Source: the human T2T-CHM13v2.0 reference genome, Homo sapiens
Assembly (NCBI RefSeq): GCF_009914755.1
Contig: NC_060930.1
Direction: 5' to 3' (one strand)
DNA length: 64,000 bases
Positions within the stretch are counted from its first letter, which is position 1, and each line of letters begins with the position of its first letter. A model generated the notes under the pieces. The model searched no databases, was not told where the DNA came from, and saw nothing but the letters and a program-made list of their open reading frames with translations. Position numbers and translations under genes: made by a program. Positions 15,480 through 30,710 of this stretch are shown one piece after another.

Positions 15480-17500
15480 TTAGCTCATAATCCATGCTGG
15501 GCTGGTTAGGATTGGCCTCAGTGTGATGATGGTTAACCCACTGACCATTACATTCAGAGCCTCCTGCTTGTCAAGGCCACAGCCATTGCCATTGACTCCT
15601 TCAAGTTCCTTCTGCTCTCCCGGTTGCCCCCGCTCCTCTCCAGGCTGCCATGGGTGTAAATAGTTGCTCATAAGTCTTGTGGGCTGAGTCCTGGGCTTTA
15701 TTATTTGACTATTTAGTGAGCCTTTTCCAGGTGCTAGTTGTTGAAGAGAATATAAAAGAAATGGGAAACCTTTGCTCCCCCAGGGAATGCAGTCCAGCCA
15801 GGGAACAAATGTAGCACACACAAGGCAATCAAGTCTCAGGAGAAGGCTGTGCGGGAGGAAGTGGCCATGTGGGCCAGGAAAGCCAGGGCGGGGGAAGAAA
15901 GGGGCCGCCTGGGAGGCTGAGGACCTCATCAGGAAGGAGATGGGGCAGCAGCTGGATCCAGAGGATGGGGGTGGTTTGGCTGGGCAGAGAGCAGAGCGGA
16001 CACTTACTGTTTGTAGCTGTTACTGAAATGTCATGCGTGCTTGTCTTATCTCCCAGCTGGATTGCACACTCCTTGGGGTAGTGACCTTTCCCTTGGTAAT
16101 CCGCACAGAGCCATGCATACAGTAGGAGAATAATACACCTCTGCGAAATGAGGTCGTTCTGAAAGTGTTCAGAAATAAAGTCAGGAAGTTAATTCGCAGT
16201 TATTGAAACTGCTAATATTGGTAATGAGACATCTTTTGAAAATCACTGTTATTCTCTTCTGAACATCTCAATGCATATATTCATGATAAAGCTTGACTGG
16301 TTATCTTAAATTGTTAATTGTTTCATGCTGTGATGTTGACAAGGTTTTTTCTTAAACCCAACATGAGGAATGTTTAAAAAACAAACTTTTATCTCAGCCT
16401 AAAGTGCATAAGAGCCACTTCTACAAAGCAGGGAGTGTGATTTGCAAAACATGGCCTAGAGGAACTGGCATTTTGTTTTGTTTTGTTATGTTTTGTTTAA
16501 TAATTAGGAGATGAGATCATTGAACTTGGAAGCCTGATAGCAATGGGAAGCCGACTCTGGACTGCAGATGTAGAAGATCCACTGGGTGGGATTTGTCCAT
16601 GTGCATAGTGTGCAGTGAGGCTGCAGTGTAGGTAGTGACGGGGCTCCCTGTCCCCACCTGCTCCCCTGGACCCAGGAACTAGAGGTGAAACTAAGAAAGG
16701 AAATTATGGCAAAGAGAAAGACTGCATGTGGAAGGCAAGGAGTATCTTCACACAAATGTGTTTTCCCTATTTTTTTTTTGTCTTCCAAAGAAAAAATGAG
16801 AGCAAACCCAGTTCCCAGATAAAAGAATCAGAATACCCTCCCACACACCTGCCCTCATGTGACTGAGGCACTTGGCCAGTTCATAAACAAGCCATGGTGA
16901 TGACCTATAACAGACGCGTCCTGACCTGGCAGACCGCAGGGGACGTGAAGAAGCTTGGCCTGAAATATTCTGACGTGTCCCAGCCTCACACTCACATAGT
17001 TCCTGGGCACCCAGAAAGATGGGGCCTAGGAATACTCTTATTGAGAATCTGGCATGAATGAATCACACCAAAGACTGCCAGCTAAGTGAGAGATTTACAG
17101 TCTCCAGCCTTGAGTTCTGAGTGTTTTCAGATGTGGACAGGGTCTGAGACTCTCACGTGACAAGCCATGGGCCCTATGCCGAGGCAGACTCCTGCTCTGT
17201 GCTGCTCCTAGGGAACCACGGCAGCTTCGAAATGCATTCTAATCTGCCCTCTTATTGTGACAGTTTATATTGTACTTAGAACCTAAAATTAAGACTCTAA
17301 ACTGAGAAGAGTAACAGGCTCTCCAGTAGCCACTGTGGATTTGCATGCAAAGTGCAGACTGACATTTGAAACTCTTCACTTTTTACCCGCCACTCATCTT
17401 TCCAACCTTGTCACCCAGATCATCTGAGTGGTCTCCGTCCCTGAATCCCTGCATGCACTTTTGCTTTCTGTCCTTCCCTCTCCCTCAGTTCACTCCCACC

Positions 17501-17876
17501 AGCCATGATTTGAATGTTTGCCCCTTCAAACCTCGGGTTGAAATTTAATTTCCATTGCAATGGTATTGGAAGGTGGGACTTTTAAGAAGTGTTTGGGTCG
17601 TGAAGGCTTTGTTTTTCTTATTGTGGGAATGGGTTTGTTATCCTGGGAGGGGAGGGGGTTGACCCCTCTTGCTGCCTCTCCCTCTCCCCCTTTCTGCCCT
17701 TCCTCTATGTGATGCCTTCTGTCGTGTTATGACAGAGCAAGAAGGCCCTTGCCAGATGCTAGCAGTTTGATCTTGGGCTTTCCAGCTTCCAGAACTGTCA
17801 GCCAATAAATTGCTGCTCATTGTAAATTACCCAGTCTATGCTATTCTGTTATAGCAACATAAAACAGATTAACACA
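17501..17876 (+). mobile_element. MST-family MaLR LTR (MSTC/D-like)
   Basis: tttgaatgtttgcccc...ttccagcttccagaactgt...gtaaattacccagtct...ttatagcaac. Confidence 0.8.
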
Positions 17877-18534
17877 CCACCCTTTCTGTCTAGTGACATC
17901 TCATTTGTCTCTCAAGGCCCTACTCAAATGCTACCTTGTGCTTGAAACTATCTGTTTAATCAGCCTCCCTTAGAGTGATCCTTCCTTCTCCTCCCAGAAA
18001 GGCCCACATATATTGCTTTAGAACAATCATGTTTGGTAAAATGAATAATCTACCAATTTTAGCTTGATGACCCATCGCTCAATGTAATTTATTAAGCTCA
18101 CTTTGCCACATCAGGTACAGATTTAGACACTAAGAGGAACAGAGATGCAAAGAAAACCAATGAGCTAACAGAACACTGGACTCTAGTTTGCACACTGATG
18201 TGCAGTATTTCTAATGTACCCATAAACATATTATTATGCAACATTTATACAAAGGTTTAAATTTCATATCAATAATTATTCTCTTTAATATAGAAGTATA
18301 GTATTATATGTATAATAAATATTTAAACATACTGTATATTTTATATTTAAAATATACTTATAAATCTATTATTTGTACTTATTTCTAAATGTGAACTGAA
18401 GAATTTGTTTAAAATATAGATGCCTGGGTCCTGCCCCAGGGTTCTGATTCACTTATTCCTGGATGAGGCCAAACGATCTGTGTTTTCATGTAGAGATTCC
18501 TAGGCTAGTGGTCCAAGGACCTGCTGGGAGAGAC

Positions 18535-19083
18535 GCAGGGGCTTCCAGACTATAGGCGAATTTAAACATTTTCTGGTTGACAATTGATTTAGTTTGTCTC
18601 AAGACCTGGCGTCAATAGAAAGAAATGTTCAGGTTAAGATAAAAGATTGTGGAGACCAAGGTTCTTTTGAAGTCTTATACAGGCTGCCCTTAGAGGCAAT
18701 AGATGACAAATGTTTCCTATTCAGACCTTTAAAAGGTGCTAGACTCTTAGTTAATCTCTTGAGGATTGGGAGGGCCTGGAAGAAAAAGATCTAGCTATGT
18801 TAATAGAGATTCTTTACAGATGCAAATTTTCCCCCACATAGGACAGCTTTGCAGGGCTATTTCAAAATAGGGCAAAGAAACATGTTTTGGGGTAAAATAT
18901 TATGACTTTCTTCCTCGTCACATAATGTTATGCCGGAGTCAGATTGGAAAGTAAGTCACAACATATAGGGTTAAATAAAACCCAGCTCATGAGAATTGAT
19001 GGTTTGTAGGGCATGACTCTCCAGACCCCTTAGATAGGAATTTGGGCAAGAGAAAAAAAAAAAAAATCAAAGCTTAGTCCTCA
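18535..19083 (-). mobile_element. MER4-group ERV1 LTR (MER4D/E-like), partial
   Basis: Reverse complement begins TGAGGACTAAGCTTTGATTTTT...CTTGCCCAAATTCCTATCTAAGGGGTCTGG. Confidence 0.8.
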
Positions 19084-19247
19084 CGGTCCTCTCCCAGTGC
19101 TGGACTCGGTGAGAACCCTGTGTACTGGCTAATTTTATGTGTCAGCTTGGCTGGGTTATGATGCCCAGATACATGGTCAAATATTATTCTGGGTGTTTTT
19201 GTGAGGGTGCTTTTGGATGATATTGACATTGAAATCAGTGGACTTTG

Positions 19248-19540
19248 GGCCAGGTGTGGTGGCTCATGCCTGTAATCCCAGCACTTTAGGAGGCCAAGGT
19301 GGGCAGATCACTTGAGGTCAGGAGTTCGAGACCAGCCTGCTCAAAATGGCAAAACTCTGCCTCTACCAAAAAATACAAAAATTACTGGTTGGCCTGAAGT
19401 CCAAGCTACTCAGGAGGTTGAGGTTAGGAGAATCTCTTGAACCCAGGAGGCAGAAGTTGCAGACAGCTAAGATCACACCAGTGAACTCCAGCATAGGGGA
19501 CAGAGTAAGAGCCTGCCTCAAAAAAAAAAAAAAAAAAAAA
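19248..19540 (+). mobile_element. AluS/J
   Basis: Dimer with A tail. Confidence 0.93.
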
Positions 19541-19799
19541 TTCCATGGATTTTGAAAGTAGTTTGCCCTCCATAATGTGGGCAGGCCTTATCCAGTCAGT
19601 TGAAGGCCTGAATAGAAAAAAAGCCTGACCTCCCCTGAGCAAGAGGGAATTGTATCAGCAGTCAGCCTTCGGACCTGAACTGCAATGTCGTCTCTTCCTT
19701 TAGTTTCCAGCCTGCTGGCCCACCCGACTGATTTTGGACTTGCCAGCCTCCATAATCACGTGCACCAATTCTTTACAATAAATTTCTTTCTATCCATGC

Positions 19800-20625
19800 T
19801 GTAAACCAAAAAGTGTCTGAAACAGGTCTCAATCAATTTAGAGGTTTATTTTGCCAAGGTTGAAGATGTGCCTGGGAAGAAGAGACACAGCTGCAGACAG
19901 GTCTGTGGCCTCTGCTTTTTCCAAAGAGGGTTTTGAGGACGTCAATATTTAAAGGGGAAAAAGTGAGCAGGAGGAGGAAGAGGAACAGTTAATTACGCAT
20001 TTATCTTGCACTCTGTAAATCTGCATTTTATATAAGATAGAGTAGAAGAAGGTGGGGAGACAATTTCCGGTCTTGTCTTTGTCCCCTACCTGTGAAGATA
20101 TGCTGTTAGTTTACATTGTCAGGGTGAGGGAGGCCACCTGGGGAAATATGTGGCCTTCTATCTTGTAGCTATCTGTTTAGGAACAAAACAAAGGCATTTT
20201 TTTGTTTTGTTTTGTTTTTTGTTTTGTTTTGAGTCGAAGTCTCACTCCGTCACCCAGGCTGGAGTGCAATGGCGTAATCTTCAGCTCACTGCAACCTCCA
20301 CCTCCCAGGTTCAAGCAATTCTCCTGCCTCAGCCTCCCAAGTAGCTGGGATTACAGGTGCCTGCCACCATGCCCGGCTAATTTTTGTATTTTTAGTAGAG
20401 ATGGGGTTTCACCATATTGGCCAGGCTGGTCTCTTGGCCAGGCTGGTCTCAAACTCCCGACCTCGTGATCTGCCTGCTTTGGCCTCCCAAAGTGCTGGGA
20501 TTACAGGCATGAGCCACTGTGCCCGGCCTGGAAGGCTGTTTTTTTGTGTGACTCAGTTCCCAAGCTTAACTTTTCCCTTTGGCATCATGAGTTTGGGGGT
20601 CCCAAGATTTTTGTTTCCTTTCACA
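19800..20625 (-). mobile_element. MER4A-like ERV1 solo LTR (contains an Alu)
   Basis: TG...CA ends with 4-bp TSD ATGC; reverse complement starts TGTGAAAGGAAACAAAAATCTTGGGACCCC. Confidence 0.85.
20197..20529 (-). mobile_element. AluS with 17-bp tandem duplication
   Basis: Antisense dimer. Confidence 0.95.
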
Positions 20626-21049
20626 ATGCTCTTGGTTCTGTTTCTCTTGAGAACCCTGACTAATATGCCCATGATCATTTGAACTCAGCTCCTTACTGTG
20701 GAGCACATGCAATCAAACTCCATGCCCGTGCCTCCTGGCACATGTAACAAGAGGCTCAACTCCATCAGAACCATATAGGGAACCCATGGAAAGTGCAGGT
20801 TCCTGGTCTGCCTCCTCAGAGGCTCTGACTCAGCAGGGCTTGGTTGGCTCTGAAATATGCAATTACAGAGCAGTTGGCTATTTTTTTTAGTATGTGACTC
20901 TAAATCATTTCAAAATGTGAGTTCCTCTAGTGCAGAGCACTGTGAAAAGCACAAACATAAATAAAAACCAGTCCTTCTGGGGATTTCAGAAATCAAGCAA
21001 GAAATTCTATTTTGCAGTATTTTTGAGTAACAGAACCACACTGACCCAT

Positions 21050-21508
21050 TGTGCTTGGTTGAATAGCATCACCCAAAAATACATGTTTTTCCCGGAACCT
21101 CAGAATGTGATTATATTTGGAAATATGGTTGTTGCAGAGGTAATTAGTCAAGTTAAGATGAGGTCATGCTGGAGGAGGGCAGGTCATTAATTCAGCATGA
21201 CTAGTGTCCTTATAAGAAGAGGAAAAGAGACACAAGAGACAGACACAGAGAGAAGATGGCCATGTGATGACCGACGCAGAGATTGGTGTTACATAGCTGT
21301 AAACCAGGGGATGTCAAGGATCTCTGGCAACCACTGGAACCCAGGAGAGAGGCTTGGAACAGATTCTCTGCTTCAGAGTCCCCCAGAAGGAACCAACATT
21401 TCTCACACCTTGAGTTTGGACGTCAAGCTTTCATAACTGGGAGAGAATAAATTTCTGTTGCCAACCAGTTTGTGGTACTTTATTATAGCAGCCCTAGAAA
21501 ACTAATAT
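21050..21508 (+). mobile_element. MLT1 (B/C-like) MaLR LTR
   Basis: ggaacctcagaatgtga...ttaagatgaggtcat...gagaataaatttctgttg...gcagccctagaaaactaat. Confidence 0.85.
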
Positions 21509-21870
21509 GCCCACCCACTGTAAACAACTGGAAAATGGGACAAAATACATAAAACAACTATTTTCAGACATTGAACAACTGGTAGTGCAGGTCTGTGATC
21601 CTTGAGAGAAGGCAAACCAATGGGGTGGGGCAGCACCCATGTGAACAAGCATCGCAATCAGGGCTAAGTGTGGCAAGTTCTGCATTTGTAGTACTGGGTC
21701 CCTACTGGAAGGAACTTTTCACAATAGGCAGCAGCTGGTTATCTAAACTGCTGCATTCCCAGCTGTAGCCTGCACAGTGCTGTTTAGATTGGGCACTAAG
21801 TAAAATAATTGAGGAATATTCTTGGATCACATTTCCTAAGCTGACTGTCTTTGAAGGTTTGGACCTATAA

Positions 21871-22052
21871 CAGTGATTCTCAACCCTGGCTGAACATTAG
21901 AATTACCCGAAGAATGTTTTCAACCGTGGGTGCTGGGGCCGCATCTCAGACGAATTAAATGTAGATCTACTAGAGAGGCGGGATCCAAGCATTACTGTTT
22001 TTTTACAACCTCCTCAGATGAGTGTATCGTGCAGCCAAAGAAGAGACTCATA
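21871..22052. mobile_element. MER5-type hAT-Charlie MITE
   Basis: cagtgattctcaaccctggctgaacattagaatt start. Confidence 0.7.
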
Positions 22053-22405
22053 GATCTTTATCCTACTTTCCAACCACTCACTAAGCCTCTTTTAATAATC
22101 CTGCTAAAACCTAATGTAAACAGATATTTTTCATGTGGGTGTCCTATAAGTTACTATCTAATATTACTTAAGCGCATGCTTGCATATTCTTCCAAATAGG
22201 TAGACACTTTGTGTCACAGGTTATTGTCCTGTTAGTGTCTTCCCACTCCACTCTAGGCACTTTTCCTCTGAGAGCCACACCACAGCTTCTTGATGCCCAT
22301 GAGGGGATTCCTGGAGTTGCTGCAGGTCCTCTCATCCACTAATGTGAAAGCAGGTGAATTCGGCTCCCAAGGCTGCTATGGCAAAGCACCACAGTGTGGC
22401 TTAAA

Positions 22406-22733
22406 GCAGTGGCTCACGCCTGTAATCCCAGCACTTTGGGAGGCCGAGGCGAGTGGATCACGAGGTCAGGAGATCAAGACCATCCTGGCGAACACAGTGA
22501 AACCCTGTCTCTACTGAAAATACAAAAATTAGCTGGGCGTGGTGGCCCGTGCCTGTAATCCCAGCTGCTCAGGAGGCTGAGGCAGGAGAATCACTGGAGC
22601 CCAGGAGGCGGAGGTTGCAGTGAGCCAAGATCGCACCACTGCACTCCAGCCTGGGTGACATAGCTAGACTCTGTCTCAAAAACAAACAAACAAGAAACAA
22701 ACAACAACAACAACAACAACAACAAAACAAAAA
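22406..22733 (+). mobile_element. AluS (Sc-like), (AAC)n tail
   Basis: Dimer lacking first few bases. Confidence 0.95.
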
Positions 22734-22846
22734 CAGCAGAAATCTGGGCTTTCACAGTTCTGCAGGTCAGAAGTCCCAAATCAAGATGACAGCAGGCCAT
22801 GTTCTCTTTGAAGGCTCTAGATGAGAGGATCCTTCCTAGTCTCTAG

Positions 22847-23173
<327 letters not shown>

Positions 23174-23319
23174 TATTCTCCCCTTCTTATAAGGACACCA
23201 CTTACACTGACTGAAGGACCCAACCTACTTCAGTATCTTACTCATGTTAACTTGATTATGTCTCTAAAGGCTCTGTTTCCAAATGAGGTCACATTCACAG
23301 GTACCAGGGGTTAGGACTT

Positions 23320-23480
23320 TGCTATGGCTTGAATGTTTATGTCTCCCCCAAAATTCATGCTAGAACTTAAACCCCAACATGATAGTATTAAGAGGTGCTG
23401 CCTTCGGGAGGTGATTAAGTCATGAGGGCAAAACCCTTGTGAGTGGGATTAGTGACCTTATAAAAGGGCAACTAGCTTGA

Positions 23481-23515
<35 letters not shown>

Positions 23516-23745
23516 CCTTCTGTCCCTCCTGCTATGTGAGGATGCAGCACTTTTTCCCTCTGGAGGAAGCAGCTTTCACCTTGGAAGAATCTTGACCTTG
23601 CCATTCAAAGTCACCAGACAGGGAATCTGCCAGTGCCTTGATCTTAGACTTCCCAGCTTCTGTAACTGTGAGCAATAAATGTATGCTGCTTATAAACTAT
23701 CCAGTCTCATGCATTTTGTTATAGCAATATAAACAGATGAAGACA
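23320..23745 (+). mobile_element. MST/MLT1A-type MaLR LTR with internal poly-T
   Basis: TGCTATGG...AGACA; TSD GACTT/GACAT. Confidence 0.8.
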
Positions 23746-24869
23746 GACATAAACATATCTTTTTGAGAGATGCAATGCAACCCATACCACCAGGATTGCC
23801 ACATGTTTGCTGATTTCACCTGGTAGCAAGGCTTAGCTATCTTGGCTTGAATGTAATACCTCCATCTTTTCTCTTGGTCATCCTCTTTAAGCAGAGGACT
23901 TTTATCTACCCAAGCAGAATCCTGTGTTCTTGCTATTCGAAGTGCAGCCCAGCCTCCTGCAGCCACCACATCACTTGTGATGCTTGACAGAAATGCAGAC
24001 TCTCTGTTCCCACCTCAAACCTACTGACTTGGGAATCTGCAGCTTACCAAGATCTCCAGGTGATCCACGTACACTTCAAACTTTGAAAAGCAGTGGTTTG
24101 CAGAACAAAAAGGATTCAGCTTCTGATATGGTTTGGATTTGTGTCTGTACCCAAATCTCATGTCAAATTGTAATCCCCAGTGTTGGAGGAGGAGCCTGGT
24201 GAAAGGTAATTGGATCACGGGGGCAAACTTCCCCCTTGCTGTTATCATGATAGTGAGTGAGTTCTCATGAGAGCTGGTTGTTTAAAAGTTTAAAAGCACC
24301 TCCCCCTTCGCTCTCTCTTCCACCTTCTCCAGCAATGTAAAATGAACCTGCTTCCCCTTCATCTTCCACCATGATTATAAGTTTCCTGAGGAATCTCCAG
24401 CCATGCTTCCTGTACAGTCTGCAGAATTGTGAGTCAATTAAAACTGTTTTCTTTATACATTACTCAGTCTTAGGTGCTTCTTTATAGCAATGCAAACATG
24501 GACTAATATAGAAAATTGGTACCTAGCAGTGGGGCATTGCTATAAAGATACCTGAAAATTTGGCAATGACTTTGGAACTGGATAATGGGCAGAGGTTGGA
24601 ACAGTTTGGAGATCTCAGAAGAAGACAGGAAGATGTGAGAAAGTTTGAAACTTTCTAGAGACTTGTTGAATGGTTGTGACCAAAATGCTGATAGTGATAT
24701 GGACAAAGAACGAAGTCCAGACTGAGATGGTCTCAGATGCAGATGAAAAACTTATTGGGAACTAGAGTAAAGGTCACTGTTGGTATGCTTTAGCAAAGAG
24801 ACTGGTGGCATTGTGCCTCTCCTCTAGGGATCTGTGGAACTTTGAACTTGAGAGAGATGATTTAGGGGA

Positions 24870-25450
24870 TGTAAACCAAAAATAAAAATATAAGTCCCCC
24901 CCAACCATCTGATTGGACTTCCTCCTAGGCCATGGCACTTTAAAATTTAACCTGAAAGACTGGTTCAGGCCATGATAGGAAGTGGGGGTCGGACATGCCT
25001 CATTATGCCTGTTCAGCATTAACATCAACACATACCTTAAGTCTGATAAGACATATTTACAATATAATCTCTCTGAAGCCTGCTACCTGGAGGCTTCATC
25101 TACATGAAAAAACTTTGGTCTCCACACCTCTTATCCCAACACAGACATTCCTTTCTGTTGATAACTCTTTCAACTGATTGCCAGTTAGAAAAATGTTCAA
25201 TCTACTATAACCTGGAAGCCCCTGCTTCAAGTTGTCCCACATTTCCAGACTGAACCAATGTATTTCTTAAGTGTGTTTGACTGAAGTGTCATGTCTCCCT
25301 AAAACGTATAAAACCAAGCTGCACCCCAACCATCTTGGACACATGTTCTCAGGATCCCCTGGGGGCTGTGTCACAGGCCATGGTCACTCATATTTGGCTC
25401 AGAATAAATCTCTTTAACTATTTTACAGAGTTTGACTCTTTTCATCAACA
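24870..25450 (+). mobile_element. MER4B-like ERV1 solo LTR nested in MST internal
   Basis: TGTAAACCAAAAATAAAA...CAACA; 4-bp TSD GGGA/GGTA; MST internal resumes afterwards. Confidence 0.85.
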
Positions 25451-26880
25451 GGTATTTGGCAGAAGAAATTTCTAAGCAGCAAAGCATGAAAGATGTGGCC
25501 CAGTTGCTTCTAACAGCATAATCTCATGTGTGAGCAAAGAGACGATCTGAAACTGGAACTTATATTTTAAACGGGAGCAGAGCATGAAAGTTTAGAAAAT
25601 ATGCAGCCTGACGATATGGTAGAAAAGAAAAACCCATTTTTCTGGGGAGGAATTCAAGCTGGCTGCATAATTTTGCATAAATAAAGAGGAGCCAAATGTT
25701 AATAACCAAGACAACGGGGAAAATGCCTCAAAGGCATTCCAGAGACCTTTGTGGCAGCCCCTCCCATTACAGGCCTGAAGGCCTAGGAGGGAAGAATGGT
25801 TTCATGGGCCAGGCCAAAGGCCCCGCTGGATGGGCCCTGGGACACTGCTCCTTGTGTCCTAGTCATTCCAGCTCCAGCCATGGCTAAAAGGTCCCCAGAT
25901 ACATCTGAGGCCACTGCTCCAGAAGATGCCAGCTATAAGCCATGGTGACTTCTATGTGGTGTTAAGCCTGTGCGTGCACAGAGGGCAAGAGTTGAGGCTT
26001 GGGAGCCTCCACTTAGATTTCAGCGGATATATGGAAATACCTGGATGTCCAGGCAGAAGTCTGCTGCAGGGTTGGAGCCCTCATGGAGAACCTCTACTAA
26101 GGGCAGTGAGGAGGGGAAATGTGGGGTTGGAGCCCTCACACAGAGTCCCCTCTGGGGCACTGCCTAGTGGAGCTGTGAAAAGAGGGCCACTGTCCTCCAG
26201 ACCCCAGAATGGTAGAGCCACTGGCAGCTTATACCGTGTGTCTGGAAAAGCCTCAGGCACTCAACACCAACCCTTGAGAGTAGCCATGGTAGCTGAGCCC
26301 TGCAGAACCACAGGGGTGCAGATGCCCAAGGCCTTGGGAGCCCACCCCTTGCATCAGTGTGTCCTGGATGTGAGACATGGAGTCAAAAGATATTATTTTG
26401 GAGCTTTAAGATTTAATGACTGACCTGCTGGGTTTCAGACTTGCATGGGGCCTATAGCCCCTTTGTTTGGGCCAATTTCTCCCTTTTGGATCAGGCATAT
26501 TTACCTGATGCCTGTACCCCATTGTATCTTGGAAGTAACTAACTTGTTTTTTATGTTATAGGCTCATAGACAGGAGTGACTTGCCTTGTCTTAAATGAGA
26601 CTTGGACTCTGGACTTTTGAGTTAATGCTGAAATGAGTTAAGACTTGGGGGACAGTTGAGAAGGGATGATTGTATTTTGCAATGTGAGAAGGACATGAGA
26701 TTTGGGAGGGGCCAGGGGTGGGATGATATGGTTTGGATTGTGTCCTCACCCAAATCTCATGGTAAATTATAATCTCCAATGTTGGAGGAGGGGCCTGGTG
26801 GTGGGGGGTGATTGGATCATGGGGGTGGACATCCCCCTTGCTGTTCTCACAAGATCTGGTTTTTTAAATGTGTGTAGCAC

Positions 26881-27312
<432 letters not shown>

Positions 27313-28415
27313 TTATAAGTTTCCTGAGGCCTCCTCAGCCATGTTTCCTGTTCAGCCTGTGGAACTCTAAGACAATTAAACCTCTTTTCTTTATAAATTA
27401 CCCAGTCTCAGGTAGTTCTTTATAGCAATGCAGGAATGTACTAATACACCTTCCTTTTATACTGGTGAATGATCCTGGTTGTTGGAAACACATAATGCCC
27501 TTAGTTTAAATTGAAAATTAACCACTAGACAGTCTTTTCTCAATTATCCTTCAAGTATGTATAGTCCTTCAATTATATTTTGAAATGAATTTGAGGTAAA
27601 AGCATTCTGAAGTTAGGATTTCAAATTCTCTTAGTTTAAGCAAAATGACTTTAGTCAAGTCTGAATTGTCAAGTAAATTATATAAGCAAAACCTTCTAAT
27701 AGAATTGTCTCCAGCCAGTACTCTCCAAGTCTGAAAGGAGTCGGGGAAGGGAGTGATTAATCTGGAAAAAAAAAAAGATTTTTGTGTTGTCATTTTAGGG
27801 GAGAACCATGAAATAATTATTCTCAAATGTCAAGTAGATTTATTTTATATAGTCCCAGATAGACCACCAGCTAGACATAATAGGGAGACAGATTTAGGAT
27901 TGTTACAAGCTTTAATATCCTATGAATAAGATTTGTCAAAATATGGAACAGACTTCCTTATAGAATTGAGAAATTCAACCATTGGACACTTTTGTGATTG
28001 ATGGAAAGTCTTGTTCTGAGAATAAGGGTAAATCAGATGCCTTTCAGCATGTTTCCAACTCAAGGACTTCATGATGTGGCAAACTACTCTGAAAATGTAA
28101 ACTTCAGACGGATGAGTCCTTGACTTTGTGGAACTTATTTCTGACCCTTGGTAGGCTCAAAATATTTCTGATGTGCATCAGAGCCATATCTCAATAAAAA
28201 TCAGTGTTTAAAAGTCCATTTCCATATTTATTTATTATTACTTTTTCCTTACTTCAGTCAGAATGATGTTAGAAGCCTTTTGTTTGTTAGTACGTGTATC
28301 TACACAAGCAGCCAGTAGGACTATAAGGATTCTGTACTATCAGTATAAAAATCTAGGTTATTTCTATGCTTCATAATATTTTTGTGACAAAGGGGTTCAT
28401 GTATTGTGGAGTTAA

Positions 28416-28742
<327 letters not shown>

Positions 28743-28879
28743 TGAATGTCTATTTTTTAAATATAGGTTTTTCTCCTTACTTGTGTCCACCTTGGTTGTC
28801 TCCAATTCTTGTGAATGTCTGTTGAACTTAAAAAAAACTTGTTTATGATGTTTCTTATAGTCTACTTGTACTACAGTAA

Positions 28880-29179
<300 letters not shown>

Positions 29180-29180
<1 letters not shown>

Positions 29181-29560
29181 ATTCATTTATCAATAGACAT
29201 TTCACTGAACAGTTACTGCCTACAGGGTGTTATTCTAGCTGCTGAAGATACAGTGATAAGCAAAAAACATTGTCTGCTCTTGAGAAGATCACAAGGAAGA
29301 AATACACATGTAATCAGTCAAGTATACAGATGCAGATAGGTGATATAGGGCTAAAATAATGGTTTGCCCAAAGTGCTATGGGAACATTGAGGAGGAGCAC
29401 CTAGCCAGCAGGTTAAGGCAGGCTAGTGGTGGAGGGCAGGGAAGTCTCCCAAGAGTGGTGTGGGAGACACACGAACAGCACTGAAAGGAGAAGTGACTTT
29501 GCCATGTGGAAGTGAAGGGCAGAGGCCTCTGGCAGAGGGCATGGGAGCTCCTTGATGTGA
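29180..29560 (-). mobile_element. L2 LINE 3' end
   Basis: cattcatttatcaatagacattt...gctgaagatacagtgataag. Confidence 0.65.
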
Positions 29561-30277
29561 TGTCATCTCGGTTCTCCTTGCCTGGTTCCATCTCATGCAC
29601 ATGCACTTGGTGATTTTAAGGGATCTGAAAATAATACAGGAACTGCAGCTTGCTGTTTCTGGTTCTCTAGGCCTTGCACGTGGACATCTGAAAGAGAAAT
29701 GAAAGGATGAGAATCAGGCATGGTCTCTAGATGTTTTGGTGGGAAATCACTGAAATCTTGGCTCACAAGAAGAGTGAGCTCCCTCAGGAATTTCCATTTT
29801 TTAAGCCATCTGTTCCTCATGTTAGCAAGATCCTGGAAAGAGGTATTGAGAAGTCAGAGCAGGAATGAAGAAACGTGGGCTCTCCTGGTTTTAGCTGCCT
29901 GCATGTCCCAAAGGAAATGAAGTGGGTGCTCCTCCCTGTGGGTTAGCACATGCTCACGTTTTATATGTTGGAGGCCACGTCCTTTCCCTTTATTTGTTTC
30001 AATCATTTGGGTAATTCCCACTATTCTAATTATTTTTTGAAAGCATGCAATCTTTAATTCTTTATCTACTGATTTGGAGCCCCTGGGGGTTCAATTTAGA
30101 TTCTTCATGCAGAGGAGAATGTCTGCAATAAGGGGTGATTTATGTCATGGTGGAGAAATAACAAAAACAGGCAAATCACCTCTCAGCAAATAAACAGTGG
30201 AGGTTTTCTCCAACTTCCTACTACTCAGCCAAGAAGGATGAGATTTAAGGTTATAAGGACTATTTAAAAAGTGTGTA

Positions 30278-30710
30278 ACTACTATTCACAATAGCAAAGA
30301 CACAGAATCAATCTAATGCCAATCAGTGGTAGACTGGATAAGGAAAATGAGGTACATATACACTATGTAATACTATGCAGACGTAAAAGAACAAGATCAT
30401 GTCCTTTGCAGCAACATGGATGGAGCTGGAGACCATTATCCTTAGCAAACTAATGCAGGAACAGAAAATCAAACATCCATGTTCTCATTTATAAGTGGGA
30501 GCAAAATGATAAGAACACATGGACACACACACAGGGCCTATTGGAAGGTGGAGGGTGGGAGGAGGGAGAGGATCAGGAAAAATAGCTAATGGGTACTGGC
30601 TTAATCCCTTGGTGTTGAAATAATCTGTACAGCAAACCCCCATGACACAAGTTTACCTATATAACAAACCTGCAGATGTACACCTAATCTTAAAAGTAAA
30701 TTTTAAAAAA
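30278..30710 (+). mobile_element. L1PA (old primate) 3' end
   Basis: ctattcacaatagcaaagac...gcaacatggatggagctggag...gtttacctatataacaaacctgca. Confidence 0.9.

Larger units (their letters stand above)
19119..20668 (+). mobile_element. MLT2 (ERVL) LTR interrupted by Alu and MER4A
   Basis: taattttatgtgtcagcttggctggg start; ttggttctgtttctcttgagaaccctgactaata end. Confidence 0.85.

Noticed and set aside
15480-16081. Moderately GC-rich segment with 149-aa and shorter ORFs
   Set aside because: No recognisable homology or convincing exon structure
25926-26423. 165-aa ORF
   Set aside because: Lies in decayed MST internal sequence; no intact recognisable domain
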